From the human T2T-CHM13v2.0 reference genome, Homo sapiens, in NCBI RefSeq assembly GCF_009914755.1, contig NC_060932.1: a stretch of DNA of 64,000 bases. One strand, given 5' to 3'. Every line of letters starts with the position of its first letter. Positions within the stretch are counted from its first letter, which is position 1. Below the pieces are notes generated by a model that worked only from the letters and a program-made list of their open reading frames with translations, had not been told where the DNA came from and did no database searches. Shown here piece by piece: positions 27,594 through 46,974 of the stretch. The position numbers and the translations under genes are program-made.

Positions 27594-30031
27594 TGAAGCA
27601 TGGGGCAGAGGGGCTGAAACAGATGCCCTGAGTGGTTCTTCTCCATCAGCCCAGCCACCCAGTCCCGCCACCTCTCTGGAGACCTCATAGAAATGCCTGA
27701 AACATCACCTGTGGATGCCTATTGAACACATCCCACTCTTAGACCACCACATTCTGTCCAATCCTTTCAGGCTTTTGGGCATTCCTGAAGCCCACTCTGT
27801 CCACCTCTCCACTCTGTCCACCTCTCCGCCTGCATGGAGACTTCGAATCAGCACATCTCGTCATGTCTGTCTTCTAACCACACCTCCAACCTAGCGACCT
27901 TGATGACTATGAGCTGTTACATGAGGCAACTCCTCTCACCTGCACGGTGCCACCCACCTTCCGTCCTACCTCCTGCCTTCACCCAGACCTCCTTCCCATC
28001 CCAACACCCTACACGTCACTCAATCAGGTTCTTCCTTGAACAATGTGTGTCAGGTCAGGCAACTGCCCTGCACAAAACTTCCATGGCTTCTGATTGCAGA
28101 GTGACAAGAGAAACATGGCAGGGGGCTGATGCCTTGATTCCTCCTGACTTTGCTTCTGCCCCACTGGAAAGATCTTCCCCTTGGATGAGTCTTCCCCTAT
28201 AGCTTAGTCTGGTCTTCCTGCAATTAACCAGATGCAATCCATGCCATTTCACTTTGCAACTTTGTATTTGCAAATGCTCTCTTCTGGGACACATCCCAGC
28301 TACCCAGGTGGGCAGCTCCCCACTCCCTTCACCAGCACTCCCTTCCAGAGACTCACACTGCTGGTTCCACCCTAAGGAGCAGAGACTCCCTCACTCTCCA
28401 GCCCTCTGACCATTCCCCTACATTTTTCTTTACTGAATTTATTACCACCTGGGAGAACATCAAGGCTAAGATACCATCATTATAAGATGCTTAATTACTT
28501 CATACACTATTGAAAAAGAAAATTAAAATGTGACATGAGTCTCTCTTACCAACGCGATAGTAAGATACATCCCATATCAGAGGTACAAAAACGTGAGAAA
28601 GTCCATGCCTTAGAAGCCATGAGACAGGTTATATATTACTATTATTGTTATTATTTTCACTGCAAAACTGTCTGATTAGAATGTAAAATCTGTGAGAGCT
28701 GGTCTTTTGCCCAGTTGCTACTTACGTAATCCCAGCCCTCAAAATAGTGCCTGGCACACAATATTCAGTGAATATGCATAAAATTAATTATGTAAATTAA
28801 GTGTAGTGTTTAGTGGCTTTAACTATATCATTGTTTCATTTTCTTTTCTACCTTCTATATCTTATAAATCTTACGTATGTTTTATTATTGATCATAATAA
28901 ACATCACACCAACATTGTGATTACATGTATTTCAAAACAAGAAAAGTGTGAGTCTTGTATTGTTCTATATACGCGACACCTTAGAAACGCTTTCTGAGTA
29001 AAAGGCAGTCTTTTCAACACATTGGCAATGAGCATTTTTAGGAGTAAGGCTTAAAAAAAGATATTTTCTTCTTCTCTTCTCAAAACAAACACTGTCCATG
29101 GCTATAGATTTTTGTCAGTATGCTAATATGTTATGATTCGGGATTATTAGAGATGAAAACATTAAGGTAATGCCAATTATTATTTTCTCAGCCACTTTAT
29201 GTATGGCTTCTCCAAAAAAAAGAGTGTGAAGCTAAAAAAAAGAGAGAAAAAAGCATGCAAGAAGCAGACAGGGACTTAAACAAGACAGCTTGAAAACCTG
29301 GCTTATTGCTCATTTAAAGTGTGGAGCTTAATTCTTATCTCTGGCTATGGTTCTCATGCATCGAAAAACTTCAAAGACTGAAGTGCAAACTCATTTTCTT
29401 TGCTTGATCCTCCTGGTAGGGAGGGAAAAAAATCAAATGCAATTGTGTGAATTTATCATAATACTGTTCAAGGGGAAAACTCATAAAAATCCTATCTGTT
29501 GCTCACTTGATTTGATGTATCCTTGTCTAATACCACCATTCACTGAAGACAACACAGGCATCCCAAATGACGGAGCGGCTCTCAACACGTCAACCCCACT
29601 CCATTATTATTGGCCTCAACTCGGGAAATCTTATCTATGAGGTATAGTTTGCCTTCATATAAAACATTCTTTGGCAATTCATACAGTTCTGACTTATCCT
29701 AAAGGCTGAATTAAATGGGCTGTGTAATTTGTAAACAGAATTCACATTTATTCTAATGGGACAGCGGGAAATAAGATCAACACTGGCAGCTTCTCCAGCC
29801 CTGCTCAAAGAAACTTCAACAGAGGCCAACGTATCCAGGGAAAAACTGGACTGCAGGAGCCCATCCTCAATGAATGTTATTTATCCTTCAGAGTAGATTC
29901 TCTTCTTTACATAGAAGATGGTTGTGATTATAATTTATTATTAACATTAATGTTTTCCCTTTCTAATCACAGTCAAAAGGAAGACAGAACACCCTGTTCC
30001 CCCCAAAGCCACTATAGATGCAGCTAATTGA

Positions 30032-30307
<276 letters not shown>

Positions 30308-31101
30308 TAAAATAGAGGTTTTTGTACAAATAAGAATTAAGTATCCATAGAATTTACCCAGTAGAAAAGCTTCAGACTTAGCTATTAAAATTGTTTGAAT
30401 ATTCAGGTCCATCTGTGGTTTGGTAAATAATTACCATGGGGTTTTATTATTTTTAACAAATTTTTGAATTTTGAGATAATTATAGATCCATATGCAGTTG
30501 TAAGAGGTAATACAAAGTTCTCATGTAAGTTTTAGGCAGTTACAAAGATCTTGTGTAACCTTCGTGCAGCTTTCCCCAATGGCAGAATTTTGCAAAACTG
30601 TATTATAACATCACCACCAGTATACTGACGTTGAAACAGGTGAGATACAGAACACGTCCAGCAACACAGACATCCCTCCCGTTGACCCTTGATAGCTACA
30701 CTTACTTTGGCCCATCACCACCTCCCTCCTTAACTCCTGGCCACTACTAATCTCTTCTGTCTTCCTATAAGAATGTTGTAGAAATGCATGTGACCTTCTG
30801 GGATTGACTTTTTTGGTCAGCACCACTCTCTGGAGAGTCATCAAGTTGGTGCTTGTATCAATAGTTTATTCCTTTTTATTGCTGAGTGGGATTTCATGGT
30901 CTAGATGAACTAATTTGTTTAACTGTTTGCATCTTCAATGACATTTGGGTGATTTCCTGTCTTTGACTATTATGACTAAAGCTGCTACACATATTCCTGC
31001 TACTATTACTTATTATTATGTTATGTGAACAGAAGCCTTCACTTCTCTGAGATAAATGATTGGAAGTGCAATTGTCGGGTCATATGATAATTGCATGTTT
31101 A

Positions 31102-31466
<365 letters not shown>

Positions 31467-31566
31467 ATTGCCAAACTGTTTAACAATGTGGCTGTACCAT
31501 TACACATTCCCATCAGCAATGTTTGAGTGACTCAACTTCTCTATTTGAGAGCATTTGGCAATGTCA

Positions 31567-31567
<1 letters not shown>

Positions 31568-31618
<51 letters not shown>
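31568..31618. repeat. (TA)n directly followed by poly(T)
   Basis: Read directly. Confidence 0.95.
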
Positions 31619-31779
31619 AATATGTATTTTTAATTTTGGACATTTTGATAGCTGTGTATAATAGCTCATTTTTGTCTTAAATTTCCCTGATAGCTAAAGG
31701 TGTTACACAGTGTTCTATGTGTTTATGGTACATGTTCTTTGGTGAAAGGTCTTCTGAACATATCCTAACTCTGTGACTC

Positions 31780-31789
31780 TGTGTGTGTA

Positions 31790-31822
<33 letters not shown>
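31780..31822. repeat. (TG)n microsatellite
   Basis: Read directly. Confidence 0.95.
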
Positions 31823-31825
<3 letters not shown>

Positions 31826-33169
31826 TGTAGAGTCTTAAGAGTTCTTTATGAGTTCTTATCAGATACGTGGTTTGAAAATGTTATCTTCCAGTCTACAGCT
31901 TATCTTTTCAAGTTCTTTATATGATTTTTCTCCGAGATGTTTTTCATTTTGATAAGGTAATAATCAATTATTTGGTAAATAATTCCAATTGATGAATTAT
32001 GTTTTGGGGGACAAGTCTAAGAAATATTTGCCTAGTCTCAGATTGCAAATATTTCCTCATATCTTTTACTAAAACTTTTATATGTTTACATTTACATTTA
32101 AGTCTATTATCCATTTTGAGTAGATTTTTGTAAAAGATGTGAGATTCACATGGAGGCACATTTTTGGCCTATGTATGTACAGTTGTCCTGGAGCCATTCA
32201 CTGAAAAGACTATTCTTCCTCCATTGAATTGCTTTGGCCCCTTTACCAAAAACCAGGAGGGCATCTTCTGTGGGTTTATTCCTGGGCTTTCTATTCCATT
32301 CCATTAATCTCTGTGTCTGCCCTTCCACCAACACCACATGGTCTTGATTACTGGAGCTATATAATATGTATTGAAATTGGGTAAGGTGCTTTTCCCACTC
32401 AATTTTGTTCTTCAAAATTACTTTAGCTATTCCAGTTCCTCTACATTTTCATACACATTTTAGAATAATCTTGTTCATATCTACAAAACATATTTGTTGA
32501 GATTCTTATAACAGGTGCATTAAACTGTATATCAATTTGGGAGATTTGAGATCTTTACTCTGAGTGTCCCAATACATGAACATACTATATCTCTCTACTT
32601 ATTTTGATCTTTGGTTTCTTTCAATAGCATTGTATAGTTTTCAGTCTATGAGTCCTATACATATACAGTTTTCTTTAGATTTCCACATATTACATTGTTT
32701 TGAGTGATTATAAATTGTATTTTAAAGAAATTGGGTGTTCACGTGTTCATATTATTATATAGAAATACAGTAGATTTTGTTGTTGTTGTTCATCCTGTAT
32801 CCTGTGAAGTCACCAAACTGGGTTCTTGGCTCTAAGAGTTTATCTGTGAATTCTTTGGGAAATTCTATCTAGACGATCACGTTACTTGCAAGTAGAGTCA
32901 GGTTTACTGTTTTTCTTTGCAATCTGTATGCCCTGTTTCTCTTATCCTTGCAATTTTGAATGGACTTGAGCTTCCAGCACTATACTGAATGGGAAGAGTG
33001 GATATCCTTGGTGGGTTCTTACTCTTAGGGGGTAACATCCAGTCTTTCATCAGTAAGGTTAATTCTAAGTGTTTTTTTGTTTTGTTTTGTTGTTTTGTAA
33101 GTGCTCTTTATCACAAACTGAGGACGACCCATTTCCTCCTGCCTTGCTGAGACGTTGTCATGAACAGAC

Positions 33170-33629
33170 GTTACAGCAGGCTTGATGGTGGCCCCCGATA
33201 ACGACATGTCCACTCCCTTGTCCCCAGACGTGGTGACTGTGATTTTATTTGGAAAATGGGACTTTGCAGATGGAATGTAGTTAAACATCCTGAGATTAGA
33301 TCATCCTGGATTATGTTGGTGTCCCCACATCCAAAATACGAATGCCTTTGTATGAAACACATAGAGGAGAAAACAGACACCAAGAGAAACATGTGATATG
33401 AAGACAGAGGTAGGAGTTCCAGCGGTGCCACTGTTAGCTGAGGAGCATAGGAGACACTGTAAGCTGTAAAAGGCTGGGAATGGTTTCTCTCCCCGGGAGA
33501 TCTGGCAGGGAGCATGGCTTTGCTGACACCTTGATTTTGGACCTGTGGCCTCCAGAGCTTTGAGAGACTGAATTTGTATTGTTTTCAAACACTACATTTG
33601 TGGTGGTTAGTTTCCTTAGGAAACTAATA
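33170..33629 (+). mobile_element. MLT1 (MLT1C/D-like) MaLR solo LTR
   Basis: gggactttgcagatg...gatcatcctggattat...gctgacaccttgattttggac...ggaaactaata. Confidence 0.8.
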
Positions 33630-33792
33630 GGGGTGTTGAATTTGTCAAATGCTTTTTGTGCATCGACTGATATAAACATGTGATTTTTCTTCTTTATCCT
33701 GTTAATTTAATAAATGACATTGATTTTGAAATATTGAACAGTCTTTCATTCCTACAAGGAAAACACTTCATTTGCTTATGGCATATAATTTC

Positions 33793-33825
<33 letters not shown>

Positions 33826-35018
33826 AAATCCTGTACCACGTAAGGACATTTCAATCAATGATGGATCATGTATACAATGGTCCCATAAGATTATAATGTA
33901 GTTAAAAACCTCCTATCACCTAATGACATAGTAGCCATTGATCATAGCACAATGCATTGCGCATGTGTTCCTGGTGATGCTGGTGTAAATAAACCAACTG
34001 TGCTGCCAGCCATGTGAAAGCGGAGCAGTGCAACTGTACACAGCAAGTAACACTTGATAATAATAAGTGACTAAGACATTGCTTTATATATTTACTATGC
34101 TATACTATCCATCACTGTTTTAGACTATGCTCCTTATACTTACATTAAAAAAAATCACTGTAAACAGCCTTAGGCAGGTCCGTCAGGAGGTATCTAGAAG
34201 AAGGCATTGAGATCACTGAACATGAGAGCTTCATTCATGTGTGTTATTGCCCCGAAGACTTTCCAGTGGGACAAGATGTGGAGGCGGAAGACAGTGTGTA
34301 GGCCTAAGCTATGTTTTGTGTGTTTGTGTATTAGTTTTAAACAAAAATTTTAAACAAAAAATTTTAAAAAGTAAAAAAAAAAATACAAAATTAAAATAAA
34401 AAATGTTTACAGAAGAAGACTATAAAAATATTTTTGTGCAACTGTACAATGTGTTTTAGGCTAAATGTTATAGCAAAAGAATAAAAAATTTTAAAAAATG
34501 AAAAGGTTTATAAAGTAAAAAAGTTACAGTAAGCTAAGGTTAATTTATTATTGAAGAAATACATTTTATAAATAAATGTACTGTAGCCTAAGTTCACAGT
34601 GTTTATAAGTCTACAGCAGTGTATGGTAATGTCCTAGGCCTTCAATTTCAGCCATCACTCACTCACTGACTCACCCAGGACAACTTCCCATCCTGCAAGC
34701 TCTATTCATGGTAAGTACCTTATACAGATGTCCCACTTTTTTATCTCTTACACAGTGTTTTTACTGTACCTTTTGTATGTTTACATATGTTCCATACACA
34801 AATGTTACTTCTTGTTACAATTGCCTGTAGTATTACAGTCACATGCTGTACAGGTTTGGAGCCTAGGAACAATAGGCTGTACCATATATCCCAGGTGGGT
34901 AGCAGGCTATACAATCTGGGTTTGTGTAAGTGCACTCCACGATGTTTGCATACTGTTGAAATCATCTAACAACACATCTCAGAACGTATCCCTGTTGTTG
35001 TTAAGCAATGCATGACTG
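33826..35018 (+). mobile_element. Tigger3b-like (TcMar-Tigger) non-autonomous DNA transposon, near full length
   Basis: ggtcccataagattataat near the 5' end; 3' terminus agaacgtatccctgttgttgttaagcaatgcatgactg; about 1.2 kb; TA-rich flanks. Confidence 0.82.
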
Positions 35019-36760
35019 CATATGCATGTATATATACACACACATACACACGTACATATATATTTGAATTCTATTTGCTACCATTAAGAATTTTTGTGTC
35101 TATATTTATGAGAGATATTAGTACATAGATTTTTTTTTTGTTATGTCTGTACCTGGTTTTGGCCTCAGAATATTATAACTTCACACATTACTTGTGAAGT
35201 ATTCCCCCATCTATTTTCTGAGTATGTGTAGAATTGCTGTCAATTTTTCTTTAAACATGGTTTTATTAATTTAAATCATTAAAATTGTCCTCTTTCTATA
35301 GGAACTTGCATATTTCTGTTTAAAATGATAATTACAATGAATATGAGTTTGTATATGTGACTAATTATCAAATCAAGGCCATGGACTTGCATTTGTACTT
35401 ATGATGCCTTTTCTAGCAGACATCCACTAGTGAGCAGTGTACACTGCACACCACGTGTCACCTTCTGCTGCAAAAAAATGTGAGAGGATACACGCACAAG
35501 GCTATTCATGTCAGACTATTTCTTATAGCAAAGAACTGGAAAGAGCTCATCAATAGATGGGTTGGAAGACTGATTGAATAAACTGTGGCCTCTCCATCTA
35601 CTCTGTGGAGTGCTGTACAGCCAGAGAAAGAGGAGAGAGAGAGAAAGAGAAAGAGAGCAAGCTACTATAGAATGAGCTCCAGAATTCATTAGATAGAAAA
35701 AAAATAGAGCCTAAAACACATTACTGCTTACCCAATTTGGGAGGCGGGTTGACACAAACATCTAATATCTATATATAGAGATATCTACATATGTGTGCGT
35801 CTGTTTCTTAAAAGCAAGAATGAACCAGAACAATTCTACAAATTAGTACTTACAGGGGGAAAGTGAAACAGTTTAGAAGAGAAGGAAGCAGAAGTGAGAC
35901 CTTCAAATTATACCTACCTTTGCAGAGTTGACTGTGGAATATCAAAGTATGCAAATCTTTGTATATCACAATAAAACAAAATTATTTTAAAGCAATCTAA
36001 AATGTTTAAAGAAGTAAATCTAATTGTGAATCTAGCAATGGACAGCTTTAAAGGACCTTGAAATACAGTAATTTGATTGGGAGACATGAAGTGTAAACAT
36101 GAATGCAAAACCATTTTAGATTGTTTTCAGCACTACTGATGCATATGGAAATGTTGGTATTGCTTTCAAATTTTTCACGTCTGTGTTGTAAGATACAGCA
36201 ACTGAGAAATTATGAGATATTCTAATTCCACCTTTATCAGAGTTACTGAGAGCGGGGACACTGGGTGAGGAAAGGACTACAGATATACAATGGAAGACAT
36301 GAGAAAAAACCTTGCAGTGCTGAATGTGAATCAGGCGTATCAGCATGAAATCTTGTCTCTTTGTTCTATACACACACACACGCACATACACACTCACTCC
36401 CTATCGAGTGAAAGGGCCCAGAAAGAACAAGAAATCAAGCAGTGATTAATATTGTAAGTGTCCAGATCATAATGTTGAAATATCATTTGCCATTCAAGGA
36501 AGCCAAGAATCATTGGGCTGGATGACTAATTTCAGGTTTGAAGCAGAAATTACACAAGATAAATTTGGAATGGTTTATCCCACTGGATGGCAAAGAAGCT
36601 ATCATCGACTCAGGAGTCAAGAACACACTAAAAGGCAAAATTAGCACAATTTTAGCATCAACAAAGATAATACATTCCATAGATTGAAAATCATCAGACT
36701 GTTTTAAATTCATGAGTTCTTTCCTAACAATACAAAACAATAAAAGAAATTACTGTAGAG

Positions 36761-37005
36761 CAGTAGTGCTCAACCAGTAGAACTTTTGCTACCATCTTCT
36801 CTCCCCTCATTGGGACATTTGGCAATGTCTGGAGGCATTGGCATTTGCACACTGAGGGTGAGGATGCTACTGGTATCTGGTGGGTCAAGGCCAATGATGC
36901 TCCTAAAAACCTACAGTCACAGGACCGTCCCTGCCTTAACACCCAAACAAAAGTATGCAGTGGAAATGGTGATAGGCCTGAGGCTGAGGAGGCTATGAAA
37001 ACTTC
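36761..37005. mobile_element. MER20 (hAT-Charlie) DNA transposon
   Basis: cagtagtgctcaacc...gggacatttggcaatgtctggag...tgctactggtatctggtgggtcaaggcc. Confidence 0.8.
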
Positions 37006-40000
37006 CTATTCTGAATGTAATATATAAATGTAATGTAATAAACTGAAAAGGCCACATTTATCCTGTCTTGCCTATCAACTTTGCCACCAGACAACCAAAT
37101 AATATGCTTCTTTTATAGGAGAACCTCAGCAAGTAAATACAAAAAGAAGCAACAGAATCAGAATACTATCGATTTGTGGCATTTAGTCAATAAACACAGC
37201 TGGTCAGTGCACGTCAGTCACCCCGTCTCCTGATGGGAGAAAACACCACTAGCTATGAAGTCCTCATGTCAGAAAAACTCAAACTCGAACCTGTCCAAGC
37301 CTCTTTATCCAGTGCCAAGTCACAGAAACTTTCTTAAACACTCTGGAGATGCAATCGGCAAAATGTCTACTATGGCAAATTCAACAGGGAAAAAGAAAAA
37401 CAGAAAATAGGAGCAACATATAAACTAATATACTTACAACCTACATCAAACAATCACAATCATAACACAGTACACTTTTAATAATTCTTTTATCACCTCA
37501 TCATGAAGGAAAAGGAAGCCATTTTCAGTAGTCTGGGTTACGTTCTCTGGGTTTCACTGGTGGAAGAAGAAGTTATAATTTTGGGGACGTCACTAAGGTA
37601 AGGGTACTAATATATCCTGGGTACCTATCACATTCTGCAGATTGACGTGTATACATATATGTTACCATCTTATTTTCACAAACACTCAAGAGGCAGATAT
37701 GACTGTGCCTACTTGCAGATAGTTCTCAGAAAGAGAAAGTGAATTACAAAGTGAGGTCAACTTAAACACACAGCTCGAGCAGATGGAACCAAGCCTCTAT
37801 AGTTGCAATGTGCACAACTCTTTTCACTACACATTTTTTTTTAATAGAACAGACTTCTTATGAAAGTGCGGATGATGAATCAGTGCATCACAGACCACAA
37901 TAAAGAAGGCCAGAAGAGAGGCCATTCACTTGGGAGACAGCTGTAATAACCAAGGTAGAAATACGTCGGAACTAGAGGGGACGAGAGGAAACAAGGCCAT
38001 GTAGCAAATGAGGAGTTCTGATTTATTCGAATAAAGTCCACAAGAACAAGAACAAAGCCATGTAAATAGTAAGAGGATAAAACTTTGAGAAAAGACAAAA
38101 CATAACACCCAAAGGCAACTGAGGGATTATATCCTTGAAAGAAAGAGTATAATTCAAGATGGTATGTTATAGAAATAGCAAAAGCGTAAAATTGAGATCT
38201 ATCATCTTGACTCCAAAGAAGATTGTACAGAGAGACAGACAGGCAACAATGAAATGACTGCTTGTTCTGGGCACAACAGAGGGAGAAGGGAATGTAATGG
38301 AAAGTCAAAAATACTGTCCCGGGCCCGGATTGATAATTACATTTTTGACAAGAAGGTGAACAGTCTGGAAAGATAACAGTAAAGTTGAAATGGACTAAAA
38401 ACTAATTTGAGAAGTTTGTTGTAATAGAATTGACTGCAAGAAAGGAAATTGCCATGGCCCCAGGGAGAAAAAGAAAAGAGGATGAGGGAGAAAAAAATCG
38501 TGAATGCACTTTCTGAAGCACTCCTAGTCCTTGGAAGAGGGACAGACTCTCAGAAATCGGAAACGTGTGCTGCATGGGCTATTGTAAAATTAGTTTTCTT
38601 TACCTTTTCAGATCATTTTCCATCAGGCAAGTCACAAATTTACATAGACTGTTTGCAAAATACACAAATGTAAATATGGCTTTCAACTGAGGATCTGTCC
38701 TCTCTGTTTTAATACAATGTATCCTGACAAAAACTCAGTTATGATTCCTACTTTGTAGATAATGAAACTGATGATCAGAGAATTAATTACTGAGTAGTTC
38801 ATGGTCATGCTAGAAACAAAAAGCAAACTCAAGGATAGAGTGCAGGTAGTGACAGGATAAACCACAGCTTCCTCTCCACGGGTAAACAGATTCTCCTAAC
38901 AAAGGTTTCACTCTGTGTAGACAAAAGAAACGCTGTTTGGGGAATCTAGTTAGGAAAAAAATCTGGTAAAAAGTAAAAGGTAAATAGGAACACATGCCAT
39001 TCTTGAAAACTATTTTACTTATAAAGTGCAAAAATGCATAGGATGAGGTTATCTAGACTTCGGAATCCTGACGTCGATGAAATGGAACCTGTTGGAAATA
39101 TAAATATGTATGGGTGGTGCTCAAGTTATTATTTTTGACTTCTAGCTGGTTTCATTAGCATTTCTTTTTCTAACTTTAAGAACTTGTAAGAGAAATTAAA
39201 GCACTAATTGAGTTGGGGGAAGAAAGGAAATAATTAGCATGTTGTCTGCTCACACATAGTGACTTGTTAACAAAGGAGTTGAAGATGTAAAGAATAAAGG
39301 AATTGGTGAAATGTTATTTCATTTTCAGGAAGACAGAAAATTCTTAATAAAATTAAAACACAGCGTAACATCAGTTGTTATATTTTGAGTACCTCATTAA
39401 TAAAAGGATTAAGAAAACATCAAAAGCACAACAGACATGATCAAAGAGCCACGGGCACTGATGAAAAGATGAAAAGAACTCTATGGCAAAGAAAAATGAT
39501 GAACCAGCATGCGTCTGCATCTATCAAACACAAATTAACAGAAAATAGCAGCACACTTTTTTATGACACAATTTCAATAGAATTAAATATTTTAATGAAA
39601 TAAAAATCCTAATTCAGTTTAGCAGTGGAGATCAGTAACTGAGTCTCAGAAAAAGGGAAAGGAATGAATAAAAGAAGAAAAAAAAAGATGGCTTAGATTT
39701 TACCCAAAGATAAACCACTTTAGGAGGTATTTTTAGATAAAGTGGAAAATGAAAAGTATTTAGGGTAAGAGCGATGCATATTGCAGAGGAATGGGAAGTG
39801 CAGGCAGTGTACTTTGTGCGGCTGGTGTGGGACAGGTGGCACCCGGAACCACTGTTCACAGAGGGCGACAGGAAGGGTCAGAGGTTCCGTAGGATTAGCC
39901 CCTGCACATGTGATCATTTGGCTTCTTTTAAAGCAGTGTGTGCATTCTTTGCTGCTTTATTTCTCCTGGTTGGAAGGGCTCTGCTCCCACTTCCTGGGGG

Positions 40001-40600
40001 TTTGCTTCAGCCCTGTTGCAGGGATGGACAGGTCACTTGGAGTGGCCAGTCAGGTTCTCCGTGTTCCTGGATGTGGCAGTGGATGGAGGGTGCAGAATTG
40101 AGCAGGACCACTTGGGGCCATTTTTGGGTTTGAGATGGAGGCCATCGGAGGTGTCTTTACTCTTCGTTCCTCAAGGCCATGAACTGTAAGAGCAATGTAA
40201 CCCCAGAGGAGCTGGAAGCTATTTTCTCTGTCATTTACAGACACCCCACATGGGACAGAGCCTCAAGAAAAGAAAGCAGAGCTGAGGAAATGAGAGTCCT
40301 GATACCACTGGGACCTCCTAACCCTGGATACAAACAAGCCTCTTGTGTCATGCACAGGATTTCTAATAACAGAGATATAATCCTAAAAATAAGATAGAAG
40401 GGTAAGAGAATATTAGCATGATGCTGTCAATCCAAGTGAGGGATACAGGGAGCCTGAATTGGGGGAGTAGATAGTGAAGACAGAACAAATAAAAAGCCTG
40501 TCTGTGTTTCCTGATGGGGCCAACTCTCAAAAGGGAGAAGAGGATTGATCTCAAGACCATCCTTGGACAAAAGAGGGACACACATCTTTCTGAAACTGGT

Positions 40601-40991
40601 GGGAAGGAAGGAACGAAGGGAGCAAGGGAGGGAGGGAGGGAAGGAAGGAAGGAAGGAAGAAGGGAGGGAGGGAGGAGGAAGGGAGGGAGGAGGGAGGGAG
40701 GGAGGGAGGGAGGGAGGGAGGGAGGAAGGAAGAAGGGAGGGAGGGAGGGGGAGGAGGGAGGAGGAAGGGAAAGAAGGAAGGAAGAAAGGGAGGGAGGGAG
40801 AGAGGGAGGGAGGCAGGAGGGAGGGAGGGAGGGAGGGAGGAGGGAGGGAGGGAGGGAGGGAGGAAGGAAGAAGGAAGAAGGGATGAAGGGAGGGGGAGGA
40901 GGGAGGAGGAAGGGAAGGAAGGAAGGAAGGAAGGGAGGGAGGGAGAGAGGGAGGGAGGGGGAAGGAAGGAAGGAAGGGAGGGAGGAAGGAG
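40601..40991. repeat. About 390-bp polypurine (GGAG/GGAA) tract
   Basis: Only four pyrimidines seen on the + strand across the tract. Confidence 0.96.
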
Positions 40992-42072
40992 CAATGAAGA
41001 TGACTGTGGAGGAGCAAAGAAGAGATGTTCTTGCTGTACAAAAAAGGTGACTTTTTCCCTGAAAACTTGGAGAGAGGCTGCTGTGGGTTTATTAATGAAG
41101 GTTTAAAGAAAAGTGAAGGTTTGTAGGAGTTGCTGTAAGTCCATGAGTACTAATAAAAGGACCACATGCCATGCAAAGGTGAGAGTGTGGGGCAAGGAGC
41201 GGGGCAGCATGAGTGGAGGCCAAGTGGGCATGACCCATGACCTTCAGGAACTGCAGCATCGAGAGTCCTCTAGGCTGAGCTCACTCCTGCACACCACAGA
41301 GGGATGCATTACAGAGAAAAGCTTTAGACACTTCAGGCAATACTGAGTGACTTATTCTCAGTTATATGTCTAAATGACACAACTTCATGGATAATTGTCT
41401 CCACTCTCCACTAATTTTGGAAAACTTACGCAGGCATAATTCTATTCCAGAAGAAGCACCTCCCTGTGTATGAATGAGCCACCTTCCCCCAAGAGTAAAT
41501 GTAGGAAAGAAGGTGACAGCCAATCGCAATGGATGTAAACAATCACATATAAACAGAAATCAAACACGTATTAGTAGGAGGCAGAAAAGTTTACTTCAAA
41601 GGAAATGGGAAAGGATCACATGAAAACTTGTTGCCTGTCTTCCAATCCATGAGTTCTACACAGCACAAAGCAACATGCAAAGCACTTGTAATACACTTAA
41701 TCTTTGAGTTTGCGTCTTGAAATTAGTTGGTGGGGGGAATCAGTTCTTAAATTATTTGCATCAAAATAGCATAAACCTGAAGAATTGTAGAGGGAAGTTA
41801 AAATTAAATAGGCTTATTCTGAAAAATATCTGAGAGACTAAACTCAGCTTCTTTGCTTTTAAAAATGTGAATCCAAATCAGCACAAACTCAATATAATCT
41901 TGTTTTCTCTACCCCTCTGTTATGTGACAATGTCTCATGGGTTGGCTTTGCCAAGTCAGAGGAAACCCCAGGCTCCCACCATGCCTAAGGATGTCCTGGA
42001 CTCGGAAAGTGAATTTTTTCTTATGCTATATTTTCTCTGTGGTGAAGAAGAAAATGAACATACCTCTCATGA

Positions 42073-42375
<303 letters not shown>

Positions 42376-43086
42376 GAGAGCAACATTTATATCCATATAA
42401 ATTCATGTAAAGTTTTAAGCCTCACGTTGTAAAGTTTCTAATTATTTCAGACATTTAAACATTAGGACATTTAAGAAAAACTATTGCTCCAGTCTTAAGA
42501 CTCACACAGCTTGCCATAACCAAGCGTTTTAAAGTGGAAAAGCCAGACGGGAGAGAGGGTCACCAGCTCCTCCTCATCGATGTGGTCCTCAGGAGCCTCT
42601 CCTTCCCTGGTTGAGACACATACGAAATTCGGAAAATCATCTGGTTTGCTGACTGTTTCACTTTCATGTATGTGTCCTGCACATCAGGATTTGCTTCGAT
42701 GACGAACGTTGACTGTGGGTCTCTTACACTCAGGCGGCCTCCAGCCTCTGATAAGATGGGCCTTAACATCTCCGTTGACCAACTGACTTCATGGTCTTTC
42801 TCTGTCATGACCTAATCAGGAGTTTCAGATCTTCCTACCCATACACATGGTTGCATACAAGCCTCTCCTATTTTTTTTTTTATTATGCTTTCAGTTTTAG
42901 GGTACATGTTCACAACGTGCAGGTTTGTTACATATGTATACATGTGCCATGTTGGTGTGCTGCACCCATTAACTCGTCATTTAGCATTAGGTATATCTCC
43001 TAAAGCTATCCCTCCCCCGTCCCCACACCCCACAACAGGCCCTGGTGTGTGATGTTCCCCTTCCTGTGTCCATGTGTTCTCATTGT

Positions 43087-46911
<3,825 letters not shown>

Positions 46912-46974
46912 TATGATGTTAGCTGGTTATTTTGCTTGTTAGTTGAGGCAGTTTCTTCCTAGCATCAATGGTCT

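Noticed and set aside
40427-41050. Pro/Ser/Leu-rich and Gly/Arg/Glu-rich ORFs of 113-204 aa
   Set aside because: Translations of the GGAG/GGAA simple repeat.
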